Source: Carcharhinus longimanus
Lineage: Eukaryota
NCBI GenBank assembly: GCA_030264375.1
Contig: JASCQW010000099.1
Span: forward strand, 64,863,596-64,927,210
Direction of reading: 5' to 3'
Length of the DNA stretch: 63,615 bases
The notes under the pieces were generated by a model. The model worked only from the letters and a program-made list of their open reading frames with translations. It was not told the origin of the DNA and made no database searches. A program made the translations under genes and the position numbers. Positions 46,117-59,000 of the stretch are shown piece after piece; positions within the stretch are counted from its first letter, which is position 1, and each line of letters opens with the position of its first letter.

Positions 46117-47019
46117 GATACTGCCAAACTGCTGAGTATTTCCAGCATTTCTGCTTTTATTTAGCCAAACATTCAGCTGCTTTATAATCATTTTGCCCTA
46201 ACTTCTGCTAAGCAGATGTCCAGGAGTAATACAAGATCCTTACAGTTAACAGCTTCATCAAGATTTTATTTTTATTTATTCATGGGATGTGGGCATCGTT
46301 GGCTTGGCCAGCATTTAGTGCTTTTCCTGAAGGCAAGCTAAATTCTCCCTCAGTGTTCCCAAACATATGCCTAAATATAGCAACTCTGGTGGGATTCAAA
46401 CCTAATTCCCCACAGCATTATCCCTGGTTTCTGGATTACTAATCCAGTGACAATGCCACTGCCTCCCCTTAGATGAGCACAGACATCTGACATTACACAC
46501 TCATACCCCTCCTGCTGAAATTAATAATGTTCCCAATAAATCCTTACTTTCCTAGTTCAGCATCACGCATGAGGAGGTAGGGAACTAAAAATGGAACGAC
46601 GTCCAGCTCACTGCAGAGAGGTGTAAAAGCCTATGCTGCTCAACACTGAATACAACTTTTTCCTAAAACTCATCCTCATCAAATAAACATCACTACAAAG
46701 TACGTTTTCTAGAAAAGATTATATTGTTCATCATGAGAAATGCTTGCATCATCCACAAGCAAAAGACATCACTAAGAGGATAATCATTAACCTTAATGAG
46801 CAATTCTCCTGAGCCCAAGTAATATCTGCCTGAGATTTAAGGGTGACCGGTATATTGGTCAGTCATCATGGTGATGTACAATGTATTTTGCTGATTTTGT
46901 AGATATGAAAATAAAGGCTACTCATTGTGGTGAGACCGAGAGAATTAATGCAACTGATGATCCAGCTCATTGGATTCAGTTTTGACCCTTGAACGAATGT
47001 GGGACCTTACGTACAAACA

Positions 47020-48315
47020 ATGAAGGTGGGGCAGGAGTAGGCCACTAGGCCCCTTGAGCCTGCTCCACCATTCAATAAGATCATGGTTGATCTGATTGTA
47101 ACCTCCAGTCTATCTCCAAGGATCTATCAATAATCTATCTACTTCTGCCTTAAAGATATTCAAAGATCTGCTTCCTCTGCCCTTTCAGGAAGAGAGTTAC
47201 AAAGACTCACTACCTTTTGAAAGAAAATAGTTTTCCTAATCTCTACTTTAAATGGACAACCCCTTATTTTTAAACAATGACCCCTAGTTTTAGATTTGCC
47301 CACAACAGGAAACAAGATCCACATCCACCCTGTCAAGATCCCTTGAGATCTTAAAGGCTTCAATCAAGGCTTACTCTTCCAAACCCCAGTGGATACAAGC
47401 CTGACCTGTCCAAACTTTCCTCAAACAACCTGCCCATTCCTGGTATTAGTCTTGAAAACTTTCTCTGGACTACTTCTACTGCATTTACATCCTTAATTAA
47501 GGATGCCAATACTGAACAGTACTCCAGATGCCCTGTATAACTGAAGCATAACTTCCCTACTTTTCTATTCAAATTCCCCTTGTAATAAATGTTACCATTC
47601 TTTCTCATCTTCCAGTCAAAATGGACAATTTCCCATTTGTCGACATTATACTCCATCTGCAGACCTTTGCCCCCTCACAATCTATGTCCCTTTTTAGCCT
47701 TCTTATGCCCTCTTCACAACCAATCAGCAAATTTAGCAACAAAAATTTTTTTTGGTTTCTTCATACAAGTCATTTATATAAATTCTAAAAAGATGAAGCC
47801 CCAGCTCCAATCTATTTGTGCCTACCCTCTGTTTCCTGTAGCTAGCCAATCTTCTATCCATGCTAATGTGTTACCACCCCCCCACCACACCATGAGCTGC
47901 AATAACCTTTGATGTGGCACCTTGTCAAATGGCTTCTAGAAATCTAAGTACAGCACATTTATTGGTTTCCCTTTAACCACGGCACATGGGACTCCTTCAC
48001 AGAATGCCAATAAATGGTTAAACACAATTTCCCTTTCACAAAATTATGCTGAGTCTGCCTTATTGCCTTGAATTTTTCTAAGTGCTCTACCTTAACACCT
48101 TTAACAATAACTACCATTTTCCCTACGTTAATTGGCCTGTAGTTCCCTGCTTTTTTGTTTCCCTCCCTTTTTGAATAAAGGAGCTACAATTGCGATTTTT
48201 CAATCTAATGGAACCTTCTGTGAATGTAGGGTATTTTGGAAAATTCAAGCCAATGTATCAACTATATCACTAGTCACTTGTTTTAAGACCCTAGGATTAA
48301 GTCCATCAGGTTGGG
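47020..48315 (-). mobile_element. Diverged CR1 LINE
   Basis: MEYNVDKWEIVHF, KTRGHCLKIRG, PDGLNPRVLK. Confidence 0.85.
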
Positions 48316-50184
48316 GATTTATCAACCTGGGCTGGAGGAGAATCCCCAGGGAGGCTTTGCTGAAATGTGGTACTAATGGTTTGGTTCTTCTCAGTACCAT
48401 AGATTCCCTGTGTGACAGAACACCTGGACTACAGTGAATGTCTGTCAGGGTGTCTTTTAAATTTGGCCCCATAAGGTAATAGCGGGGCAGATGAATGTCT
48501 GCCTTCTCTGCCATGAAATTCACTGAACTCCTCGCTGATGTATAATTAATAAGTCGAAAAATGGAAGATTGTGCGTGATCACCCAGCAGGAATCATGCTG
48601 ACTTTCCTGCCTGACAATGCATTTCATTTCCAAAATGGAAAATTTTGTCCTTAGGTTCTTGCAAAGTGCTGCATAACCTGGCATCAGGAGCATGTTCATC
48701 AGAGGTCAGATTCGCTGCATTTGTCTAGTGGTTCGCATGGTGGATTCCTGCATACCAAAGGCAGTACTCTATAGTCAACTGAGCACAGGTATTCACACCA
48801 CAACTCATCCCAAATTTAGATATAAAGACATCTGAAAACCAATCATGCGGCTTGCAGCTTACATGAAAAAAATAATTTTGGATAGACCCAAATGGTGAAG
48901 TCTCTGTCAAAAAGCGATTTCAACATTTGAGCAGATCAGAGCAAAGTGCCTTCAGGACAAGCATGTGAAGATAATGCCTCATCCATTTCTCTAACACTGA
49001 CTTCACATAGAGTCTTTGCAATAAGTCTGCAAATTGAGATTTGGTTTAATGTCATGCATGAGGTAACATCAAGCTAGATTGTAAACATGTCTTTTTTTTA
49101 AACATGCTGAACAGTCACCTTTTGGGGCAATGGGACAATCACTACTTAAAATAAATTACAAATTGCATTTTAAATTCTAAGTAGACTTACTGAACTTGGG
49201 AAACCAATTCTTAAACTATATGTGTTAACATTTCTATCCAATGGCAAGTCAGACTGCCTTTTCTGATAGCAATAACAAGAGGTGCAGTGACATCAATATT
49301 TATGTAAGGAAGTCCAAGAACATTACAGTACCATCATGCAATTTTTTCTTCCCTTTTTTTTCTGTCTTCTTCTGCCTTTATATGCTGAAGACATCAGTTT
49401 CGATTTTCTGATTTCTATGCTGACATTAAAATAACATCAACTGGAAAATTTAGGCTACAACTATTTGCCTTGGTATAGTTCCACAAGTGCTGTTCATCCT
49501 TGGGCTTTCTTGACCCATGAACCTCAGCAAAGGCTTGTTAATAATTTGAGGCCGATTGTTGGCAGGGTATTGAAGTTCAGAGAATATCCACTGAAGTACC
49601 GTCTGCAATAATTCCTGCTTAGTGGTCCTGCATGGAAAGTCTGGCTAATTTTCTCATTTACAATCTCCTTGAAATCAGCTAGCTAAATACAACCAAGTCT
49701 TGAAACCTTCTTGACTCATATGGCTCAGCTGCTCACTACTTTAATCTGCTGTGGCAGTGGAGAAAATGCATTGCACTAAGAAGAAATGAGTTTTGATTTA
49801 CAATTTTGAATTAACTAACCTGGAGCAATCCTTTTAAAACTTTGGAAGGAAGCCTAAAAGTTAAATCTTGCACCGTCATCATATTTATTGCCTGCTTTGG
49901 TAGCTATCATTTAGTGACCTTCTCATGAGCTTTCAAACTCATATACATGTTTGAAAGGTTAAATTAAGTTTACTAAGAATATTCATATTTGCCTTTCATC
50001 TTGAGTTCATTCAAATATACTACTGTTGTTTTACATCAATCCAAAGCACTTTTTATGTTTAATTAGCTTTGCGAAAATATGTTTTGTAAAATTAGATTTT
50101 GCTTGCAATTTGTGTTTAGAAAGTCCCCTGCAATGTCAGGGAATACTGATCTTATTTCAAACTAAAACAAAGATCCATGTTTCA

Positions 50185-50259
50185 AATAAGTGCGGCGTGC
50201 AGGAATGGAACGGCGATAATTATGGGGGATTTCAATCTACATATTGATTGGTCGACCCA
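50185..50259 (+). mobile_element. CR1 endonuclease fragment running into a 100-N gap
   Basis: AIIMGDFNLHIDW. Confidence 0.7.
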
Positions 50260-51987
50260 NNNNNNNNNNNNNNNNNNNNNNNNNNNNNNNNNNNNNNNNN
50301 NNNNNNNNNNNNNNNNNNNNNNNNNNNNNNNNNNNNNNNNNNNNNNNNNNNNNNNNNNNTGTTTAAATCTATTTTTAAACAGCAGATAGAGAAACTTATC
50401 ATGAATGCATTTAGTATTCTGACAGTGGTTTTGCATAGGGTACTTTCCAACTCAACTATCATTTACTGCCCAATATTGTAATTCTTTCTAAGAATGTTTG
50501 AAATAAAAGGAAACCGATATACATTCCCTTCCTCTTAATTTGAAATTGTTTGTTTTAAATTATTTGTTGATACAGTGCTTTTTAATTAATTCCCACTTTT
50601 CTCCATGACTTATTTTCTTAATCAAATTATTGGGATATTCAATATTTTTAGTGCAAAATCAATTCTGAATGATCAGAAATAGACAAAACAGTTTTTGTAG
50701 CACTTTAATGTAACACAACATCCCTGGAGCAATATAAAACAGAGTATGACACTGAGCCAAATAGGCTAGCCTGAGTCTTTGTAAAGCTGGAGAGGGTCTT
50801 TGGTGTAGCAGAAATGGTCGTTCTGGAAGACCTGCTTCAAAATCTGGCACCCACCTTTTTGTCAGGCAGGGAAAACAGGGACAGTATGTACTTTGTACTT
50901 TGTTCACAGAAGTAGTTGCACATGAAGAAGTGCAGCTATCTTCCAACAGGTCCAATTATCATAACTGGTGATTTTCAAAATATGACTTGTGGGCTTTAGA
51001 CTTCTCAAGAGAAGCTCTAAAGCTGTCTGTGTTCTTTAGAGAAGTAGGGTACTATTTTGGAGAGCCAGGGTATCCTTTGAGGGAGGTCAGGTGTCCTTTT
51101 GAAGCGGTTACATGCTCTTTGGGATTGTTAATAGTTGCTGGGAATATGCATTAAAAGAATGGATAAACTCATTGGAGCTGTCAAGAGAACTCTTAGACTG
51201 TCAAGGCAGTTAAGTTTGATTGGAACTGTCAAATTCATTAGAACTGTCGAGCTGTCAAAGCAATTAAGTCACCTAGCCTTTAAATGTTTTAGAAAAAAAA
51301 CATTCTGGAGTTTAAAAAAAATGTGCTTGCTGTTTCACTCTGTCTGTTGATATAAATTGCTACTAACCAACCCAAGCCTAAAGATTTTCAGGTCCTTTTT
51401 AAAGGCTTTAAGGTAAGGGCATATTAATAACAACACCAGGATTGCCATAGTGTAAAGAAGCATCAACTCAGTGAAGTTACTATACAGTGCTGTTTTTCTC
51501 TCATGCCTGTCATTACGGCCAGTTCCCCAAAACTCCAATTAAAATCTATGTCTAAATCCCCTCATGGCCTTGCGGCTCCCCCTCATAATTCTGTATCTCT
51601 GTTTAAACTTTCTGTCTCTCTGATTCTAGACTTTAGTTTGCAAATTTCTCACACTAACCTCAGTAGGTGGCCTAGTCTTTGACGCACACTTTTGGGTTTT
51701 CTGCTTAAGCCTTTGCATAAACCCTCTTCCTTTAAAGGCCTCCTAATAGCACCTTCTTTGGCTCAGTATGCATTTTGGTTTGATTACATTTCTGCGAAGC
51801 ATGTTGGAATGTTTCCTATGTTCAGATGCTATTTGTAAGAAGCAGTGTTGTGCAAATGCCAGTTATATAAATATATGAATGGGTTGCGAATAAAGGCTGG
51901 CACTGGAATAAACTTAACTCGGTTCTGTTCTATGGTAATACCAAAGTAACTTGTTAAATTTTTTTTTATAAAAATGCCAAATAAAAG

Positions 51988-52151
51988 ATGATTTTGGGGA
52001 TCTGCTGCTTGCCGAAGTCCTCTTGGAACAATGCCTCAAGGAAAACACAAGCAAGCTGAAAGATTGTATTCCGTTAATGGAAAAAAATGAACCCAAAATG
52101 AGAGAAGCCAAGAAGCACTTGAGCAGTATTTTAAACAGAGGCAAATTACAA
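51988..52151 (+). CDS. TTC7A: TTC7A exon 2 ([54 protein letters not shown])
   Basis: aaag| ... |gtgagt, 164 nt; close to human TTC7[21 protein letters not shown]...EKNEPKMSEAK as recalled. Confidence 0.94.
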
Positions 52152-52905
52152 GTGAGTACAGAGCACTGATATTCATACATATGTACGCTGACAAAAACTG
52201 TCACAAATGCAATTTAGGATGTGGCATCAGCAGACAATGATCCATTACCATGCCGTACATACACACACATAAAATACACTTTCATATATAAAGCCTATGT
52301 TTCTTTCATTTCCTATAGCAAAGGGTGATAAGTGAAAAGCACATGAGAGGAAGCTGCTGTGACTTCAGGTTTTATATAATAAGCACTTAAAGCGTAGCAC
52401 CAGAAAATAACAGATTATTGAATGAGAAACAATTCTGGGGCTAATGACCATTCCTATTATAAGCGGGGTTCTTCTTTAATCTTATAAAATTCTACTTCTG
52501 CCAAAAATTTTGAAAGTTAGTGACCTCTTTAAGCTGTCTCTTATATTTAGGACCAAGAATATTTAATTTCAGTAGGTTTTATTCTTGTCCTATATGAATG
52601 TAATATGAAATATATTTTTTACTAAACTGTTGTAAATCTTCAGTGTTTACTAAAACTAAACTTTGCAAACAGAGGACCGTGGACAGATTGATGGTTTGCA
52701 TCTGTTTTTGTTGTTTTCAATAAGCAGCTGCCAAAATATTAAAGCTCCACACTATTCGGGCCCTGATTGTTAAAGTCACTTTTCATACATTGAGTAAAGA
52801 ATGAATCTGGAGCCTGTCTTTTCCTTAATACAGGTTTATTCATAAAAACACAGCACTTTCCTTCCCATACACTGGTGTAAATCTGTTTTTATGTACTTAA
52901 AATTT

Positions 52906-53232
52906 TAAAGTTTATTTGTTAGTGTCACAAGTAGGCTTAAAGTAATACTGCAATGAAGTTACTGCAGTGAAGTTACTGCAAAAGTCTCCTAGTCATCACA
53001 CTCTGACGCCTAGTTGGGTATGCTGAGAGAGAATTTAGAATGGTCAATACACCTAACCAGCATGTCTTTTAGACTGTAGGAGGAAACTGGAACACCCGGA
53101 GGAAACTGGAACACCCAGAGGAAACCCACGCAGACTTGGGGAGAACATGCAGACTTTGCACAGACAGTGACCCGAGCCGGGAATCGAACCCGAGTCCCTG
53201 GCGCTGTGAGGCAGCAGTGCTAGCCATCGTAC
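52906..53232 (-). mobile_element. V-SINE, tail type B, with 14-bp and 19-bp internal duplications
   Basis: Complete SINE; TGAAGTTACTGCA twice and GGAGGAAACTGGAACACCC twice. Confidence 0.88.
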
Positions 53233-54316
53233 TCCTTTAGGAATAATTCCCTAATCTTTCCCCAATTATTAACCGTACTCTCACTTACAAACTAAAGCAT
53301 GCACCACGTTGTAACAGGATTCAAGCATTAACAAATCAAGTATCAGATTAGGCCCAAGATGGGTTTTTATGGTTTTTTATCTTGAGAGCTGGGATTTTGT
53401 TTGTTTTTCTTGTGCACCTTGAATTGGATTCAGTTGGAATTTGAATTTTGTTTCTGGAGCAAAGCAAGAAATGGATTTGAGTTTGCTTGGTCCACTCTAA
53501 ACATTGGCTTTGTAACTTTAAGGATGGAGTAATAAGTTTAAAAAAAATACTGGAGTAGTGTTTAATCCCTCCAATCCATGCTTCACACAGTTCTTGATCT
53601 TGGACACATTGCACTGAATGGCAATCGAGCAATTTTCTGTGGGATGGGAGAGGGAGCAAAAATGATTACAGATCATTTAAATAGAACTAATTAAATTAAA
53701 ACAGTGAATTACAGAGAGATAAAGTTTGCAAGCTTTCCACATTAGCTGTTTCCTGTTGCCGATGCTGCTGATATCCAAGAAATGTGAAAAATGTTCCCTA
53801 GATCCATCCACTAGAGAATTTTCAAATTTCTTCCCCACAGTTACAGACTAACTTCAGGAATGCATTTCTTGTGGATTTTAGCTGTTGACCTTTGTTCTTC
53901 GCTACGGAGGCTGGTTCAGTGATGCATCATAATTTTGGGGTGAAGGGCGGATGTTAATCTCCTGTGTATACAAACTCTGAGAGCATTGTTTTTTCTTATA
54001 TACTGAAAAAAGTTAGTTTTGACTTTGTTCTAATGAGCGATGTTAGTTTGTGGAATGAATATTTTCCATTGCAGCCATTCAGTATCAAGCACTCTCGGGT
54101 CAAGTATATTATGATTAGATGTAAAAAGAAACTCATTCCACTTTGCACTAACACCAGGAAAGTATCCTTTACTGTACCTGTGTTACATTTTTTCATTTCC
54201 AGTGAGTTAGATTGTCTTTGGGGCTCCAAGCACAAGACCGTGGATTGAAACTTTGCAAATTCTTTCCTTTCAGTTTTTGCAGACAGAGGAGATATTTTTC
54301 CACCAGCCTTGATTAA

Positions 54317-54417
54317 GCCCAGAATTTTCCAGTTCCACCAAAGTTAATGGACTTTTGGCTGGCTCATTTCATCTGCGGTGGGGGAACTTGCCATGCTGGA
54401 GCTGGAAAATCTCACCC
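54317..54417. mobile_element. Short Harbinger-like MITE
   Basis: GAATTTTCCAGTTCCA ... TGGAGCTGGAAAATCTCACCC inverted ends. Confidence 0.6.
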
Positions 54418-55054
54418 TATGTGTCAGACATAAAAACCTATTGCACCATTTATTGAAACTCATTCTTTATATTTAACTTCAGTATTTTTTATTAATTCAT
54501 GGTATGTGAACATTGCAAGGTAAGCATCTGTTGTTCTTCTCTAATTGCCCTTGAGAGGCAATAGTGAGCCACCTCTTGAACTGCTGCAGTCCACCTGTGA
54601 TAATTGCACTTCCAGAGATATCAGGAAGGGAGTTTCAGCTTTTGATCCAGCAACAGTGAAGGAACGGTGCTGTAGTGAGATGTTAGGATGTTGTGTGGCT
54701 TGATTCAATTTTGCCATGTCTTCTTGATGCCACACTTAGTGAAATGCTACTTTGATGGCAAGAACGGTTGCTGTAACAGAATTGAATGAATATATTACCA
54801 CGGACAATACCAAATGTCACATTTCCTCCATGTACATTCTATATTCTACATATAGAATATGAAGAAATTTGGCTTGCAGCCAGTCTTGCAAGCAGATAAT
54901 AAGTATATGAGTATTGAAGCTGAGAGCAAACTTGAGACTAGGTAAAGATTTTTTATTCTTGGAATTTACTTGTAAATTAAGGCACTAAACACTTTTTTTT
55001 AAAAAGCAGAAACTTACTATAATGGGCACCAACAGCTTTGTTCTTCTCTTTCAG

Positions 55055-55223
55055 CACAATCTGATGACTGAAGCCATTCTTATCTTAGCAAAACTGCATT
55101 TTGTGGAGGGGTCGTATCGTGATGCACTCAGTATGTATGCTCGAATCGGAATCGATGATCTTTGCATTGAAGATGAACCGCTTTATAAGAAAAAACTGTT
55201 AGCAGAAGCCTCTGTTATTAAAG
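55055..55223 (+). CDS. TTC7A: TTC7A exon 3 ([57 protein letters not shown]); gene continues beyond window
   Basis: ttctctttcag| ... |gtaacc, 169 nt; VEGSYRDA motif of TTC7A. Confidence 0.95.
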
Positions 55224-55489
55224 GTAACCACAATTAACTTTTATTTTGCTGTATAATACTTATAATAACTTTAGTACACATGCAGAAAATTGAAAGACTA
55301 AGGTGAAACCTCAGTAGTGTAGCTGCGTTGTTTTAGGGTGTTGAGCGGCATTGAAAACCTTTGGAAATGTTTTTTTGTGCTGTTAATCTTTTGCAATGTG
55401 GACGAACATTTTTGAAAAATCTGTCTTGGCTCCTAGTGCACTTGTTCAGAGCAATCCCAATGGTAAATGACCCTAATACTTAATTATAA

Positions 55490-56074
55490 AATCATAGAAC
55501 CCTACAGTGCAGAATGAGGCCATTCGGCCCATCAAGTCTGCACCCACAACAATTCCACCTAGGCCCTAGTGCCATAACATCATGCATTTTACCCTAACTA
55601 GTCTCCCTGATCATAAGAACATAAGAACATAAGAAATAGGAGCAGGAGTAGGCCAACTAGCCCTTCGAGCCTGCCCCGCCATTCANNNNNNNNNNNNNNN
55701 NNNNNNNNNNNNNNNNNNNNNNNNNNNNNNNNNNNNNNNNNNNNNNNNNNNNNNNNNNNNNNNNNNNNNNNNNNNNNNNNNNNNNAAAATCCAGAAAGAC
55801 CACATCCACCGGCTCTCCTCTATCCACCGCCCTAGACACATCCTCATAGAACTCCAGTAAAACTCCAGTAAATTTGTCAGATACCAAGGGACAATTTAGC
55901 ATGGCCAATGCACCTAATCCCCACATCTTTGGACTGTGGGAGGAAACTGGAGCACCCAGAGGAAACCCATGCAGACACAGGGAGGATGTGCAAACTTCAC
56001 ACAGTCACCCAAGCCAGGAGTCAAACCTGGGTTCCGGGTGCTGTGAGGCAGCAGTGCTAACTACTGTGCTGCCC
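55490..56074 (-). mobile_element. HE1-like SINE (tail A) interrupted by a young CR1 (55612-55880, with gap)
   Basis: SINE halves flank a CR1 tail and the RT fragment LLEFYEDVSRAVDRGEPVDVVFLDF. Confidence 0.85.
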
Positions 56075-59000
56075 AATGATTTTCTTCATTGTTTTATTGA
56101 AATAAAAGCCAATTTTCTCCTGCTCTCGTCTTCACATTGGGATGCAATCCAAAAATGCCAGCTATCTTATGCACGCGACGTCTTAGTAATCAGCATTGAC
56201 ATTCTGCAGAACTGTGTAGGATTTAACAGTTGAACTCTATCTAGCAGGAATTAGTTAGTAAGCATTGGAAATGTGATCTTGACTGACTCCTCCTCACTGT
56301 TCCCTCAGCTGCGGGAATTTGAAGCTAATTAGAGTAATCAGATAAACAAACTCAGCATGGACTGGGCACTGAATTTTGTGTCCTTGATGTCTACCTCAGT
56401 TCAACTCTGATCATTTATCTGTTATTTTAGGAATTCTGAGATGAACCTGGTGGTGGGGGGGAATAGCACTGTATAGTTAACCAACACTGATTAATGCCGT
56501 CATTGCCTGCTTTTTCATGGAGTCAACAGCAGCAGTCCACTAATGAAGGAGGAAGCATTTATGGATAACAACTTGGGTTATTTTGAACTCATCAAATCAG
56601 ACATGTCTTTGTTAGAGGTGTAAGAGTAATTTAAAGTTCAATCCCCTGTTTCTGCGCCTCATTCAAACGGGTGTAGTTTTAATGCAATCCAATACCGTAT
56701 TCTTATCCTTAGGCAGTTTATTGCTTGCATTGAGTAGTGATCACATACTAAACTTGATGATGTTAATTGCAAGATTTAAAGAATATTGGAATTATTAATG
56801 ATATTGAAATAATGTGCCTCAATAATCCATTTTCAAAACTTTTAGAAGCTTTGTAGTTTAATGCAAAAATAGTTTCTTGAATTGTGCTGAAGAAAATGAT
56901 TGTTTTTATAGAAGAGAGCAGGAGGAATTTGTTCAGTCTATGTTCATATGGGTTGGCATATAACAAAATAATTATTTATGTTTTGTTCAATCCATTCAAA
57001 ATGTGTTCACTTCATTTGTCCACCACCACTGATTGTCAGCAAAACTCCAGTGAAATCCATGCAGACTATTGAAGAGTAAGTTACACTTGTTTTCCAGTAC
57101 TGCAAAGTGGGTCTAATGGAGCAGCAAAAGGAAAATAAATAGACTTCAGTTCATGTTTAAATTTGGTACTATCTTGGGCACAGCTGTATTCTAAATAGTA
57201 CAAACAAGCAAGCTTCAATTTCAAAGTTTAAGAAGTTTCCATTAATTGCTCTTTAAATATTTTTAGCGTTAGCAAAGCATAAAAAGGAACATCATTTTTC
57301 ACTTGACGTCAAAAACATTGCCAGATTTGGAATTGCACACATGCGTAGTATTGTACTTTCCTTTTGATTTGAAAACATTGTGGACATGGGAAATCTGCCT
57401 GGCTGTCACTGGGGACAAGTAGAATACTACTATGGCAAATTATTATTTGAAGTGTAATGATACTATTGAAGTTCTGTAAGTGTTCAGTAAAAATTGTATA
57501 GTTGATGGGCTAATCATGAATATTGTACCTTCACAACATTGATGTCATATAGAAGAAGACATTTAAAATAATGTTTTCACTGTTCTCCTGCAAAGCAGGA
57601 TAAAAATAGGACATGCCATTCTCTGTAGTTTACCTTGTGTTTTTGTGTAAGTTTGCCTAGAATTAATAATAATTGTGTAATGGTAGTTTCCAGTGAACCA
57701 ATATAAAAATGACAATTCCTATCTTCATGAACATAAAATCCATGTCCCTGAGCTGAGGGAGAAGATACACATTATTTATGTAATAGCAGAAGTTTGTTAA
57801 CTTCAGCTTTTTATTGGGAAACAGAGTTCTCAAGTAATGCATTGCTCAGGAACACACTGGAATGTTAACAATGTGTTGCAGTGTGGAGTGAAGGGAGACT
57901 GCACTGAGGCTTTCTCTACGTTGTGTGATCCCTTCTTGTAAGAACTTCATTGTGGACAGTTGGAATTCTCTCAACAACAAAATTGGCTTTTATTTTTGTA
58001 CTTCATTTCACTTTACAGGAGAAAGAGAGAGAGAAAGGATTATTCTGAGCTCCATTGTCAGCAAGAGAAGGAAAGTAGTGAATTTCAGTCGTGTAAATGT
58101 TCTGCTGCTGAGTACACACACAAACCCAAAAAGTAGCAGGTCTATTAAAGGCTACTGTGGTAAGCAGGAGGCAGGCCACTAGTTATCCCTGGCTGTATTA
58201 TAAGTACCATTGCCATAAATGGATTTCTCGTCAATAAGAATGCTTAGTTTGAACACTAAATTATTTCTTCTCAGTGAATCCCAGATGCTATCATCCGGGC
58301 TCACTTAAACTTACCTGCTCGCCAGTCGAAGTCCTCACTGGCATGAATCACGTATGACCCTCTCCAATGGGGAACAGACATGATGGCTTCATTGGTGGGG
58401 TTGGAGGCCATTGCAGCCCCGGTTGGTTGTGACTTTGATAAGACCTGTTTTGGTACTGTGGCAGGGGCAGAATCTAATTGGAAGAATTCAAACATGGAGT
58501 TTTGGGGAATGATGGGCACAGTTTTGGGAGGCGTATTTCAGGACTTTGAAGGACTGTCCTTGTAATGAAAGGAGGAAGTGTAGGTGAGTGACCACCTTTC
58601 ATTCTTTAAAACTGTGCCTTGAAGTGCTTACCATTTACGTTTTATCCAGAAAGTTCTGATCCATATTCATGAAGATGCACTAATAAAATCTATTAGAGCT
58701 TGAGGATGCATATATATCCTTTTGCAATTTCCAATTTTGTTTAAGCTTCCATTATTATATTTCAAGCCCTTAAGTATCTGACTATTATAAATAATTTCAA
58801 AATGACAAACGCTAAATCATAATGAACTAAAATAGCACTAAACTTTATTCCAATGAATGGGGTACACTGTTACATAGAATAACAGCACAGTTTCGACCAA
58901 TTCTGATGTTTATGATTCACACAAACCTCCTTCCACTCTGCTTCATCTAACCCTGCACTTCAAACTTTACCCTGAAGAGCAACAGACGATTTAAGTATAT

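Noticed and set aside
48926-48980. Minus-strand peptide EALSSHACPEGTLL*SAQ, resembling the SOCS SH2 motif PEGTFLLRDSAQ (SOCS5 lies near TTC7A in human)
   Set aside because: Only about 10 residues, contains a stop, and the flanks show no SH2 similarity; most likely chance.
38080-55223. Assignment as TTC7B
   Set aside because: Exon 2 and 3 peptides ([24 protein letters not shown]) and linkage to human 2p21 genes fit TTC7A.
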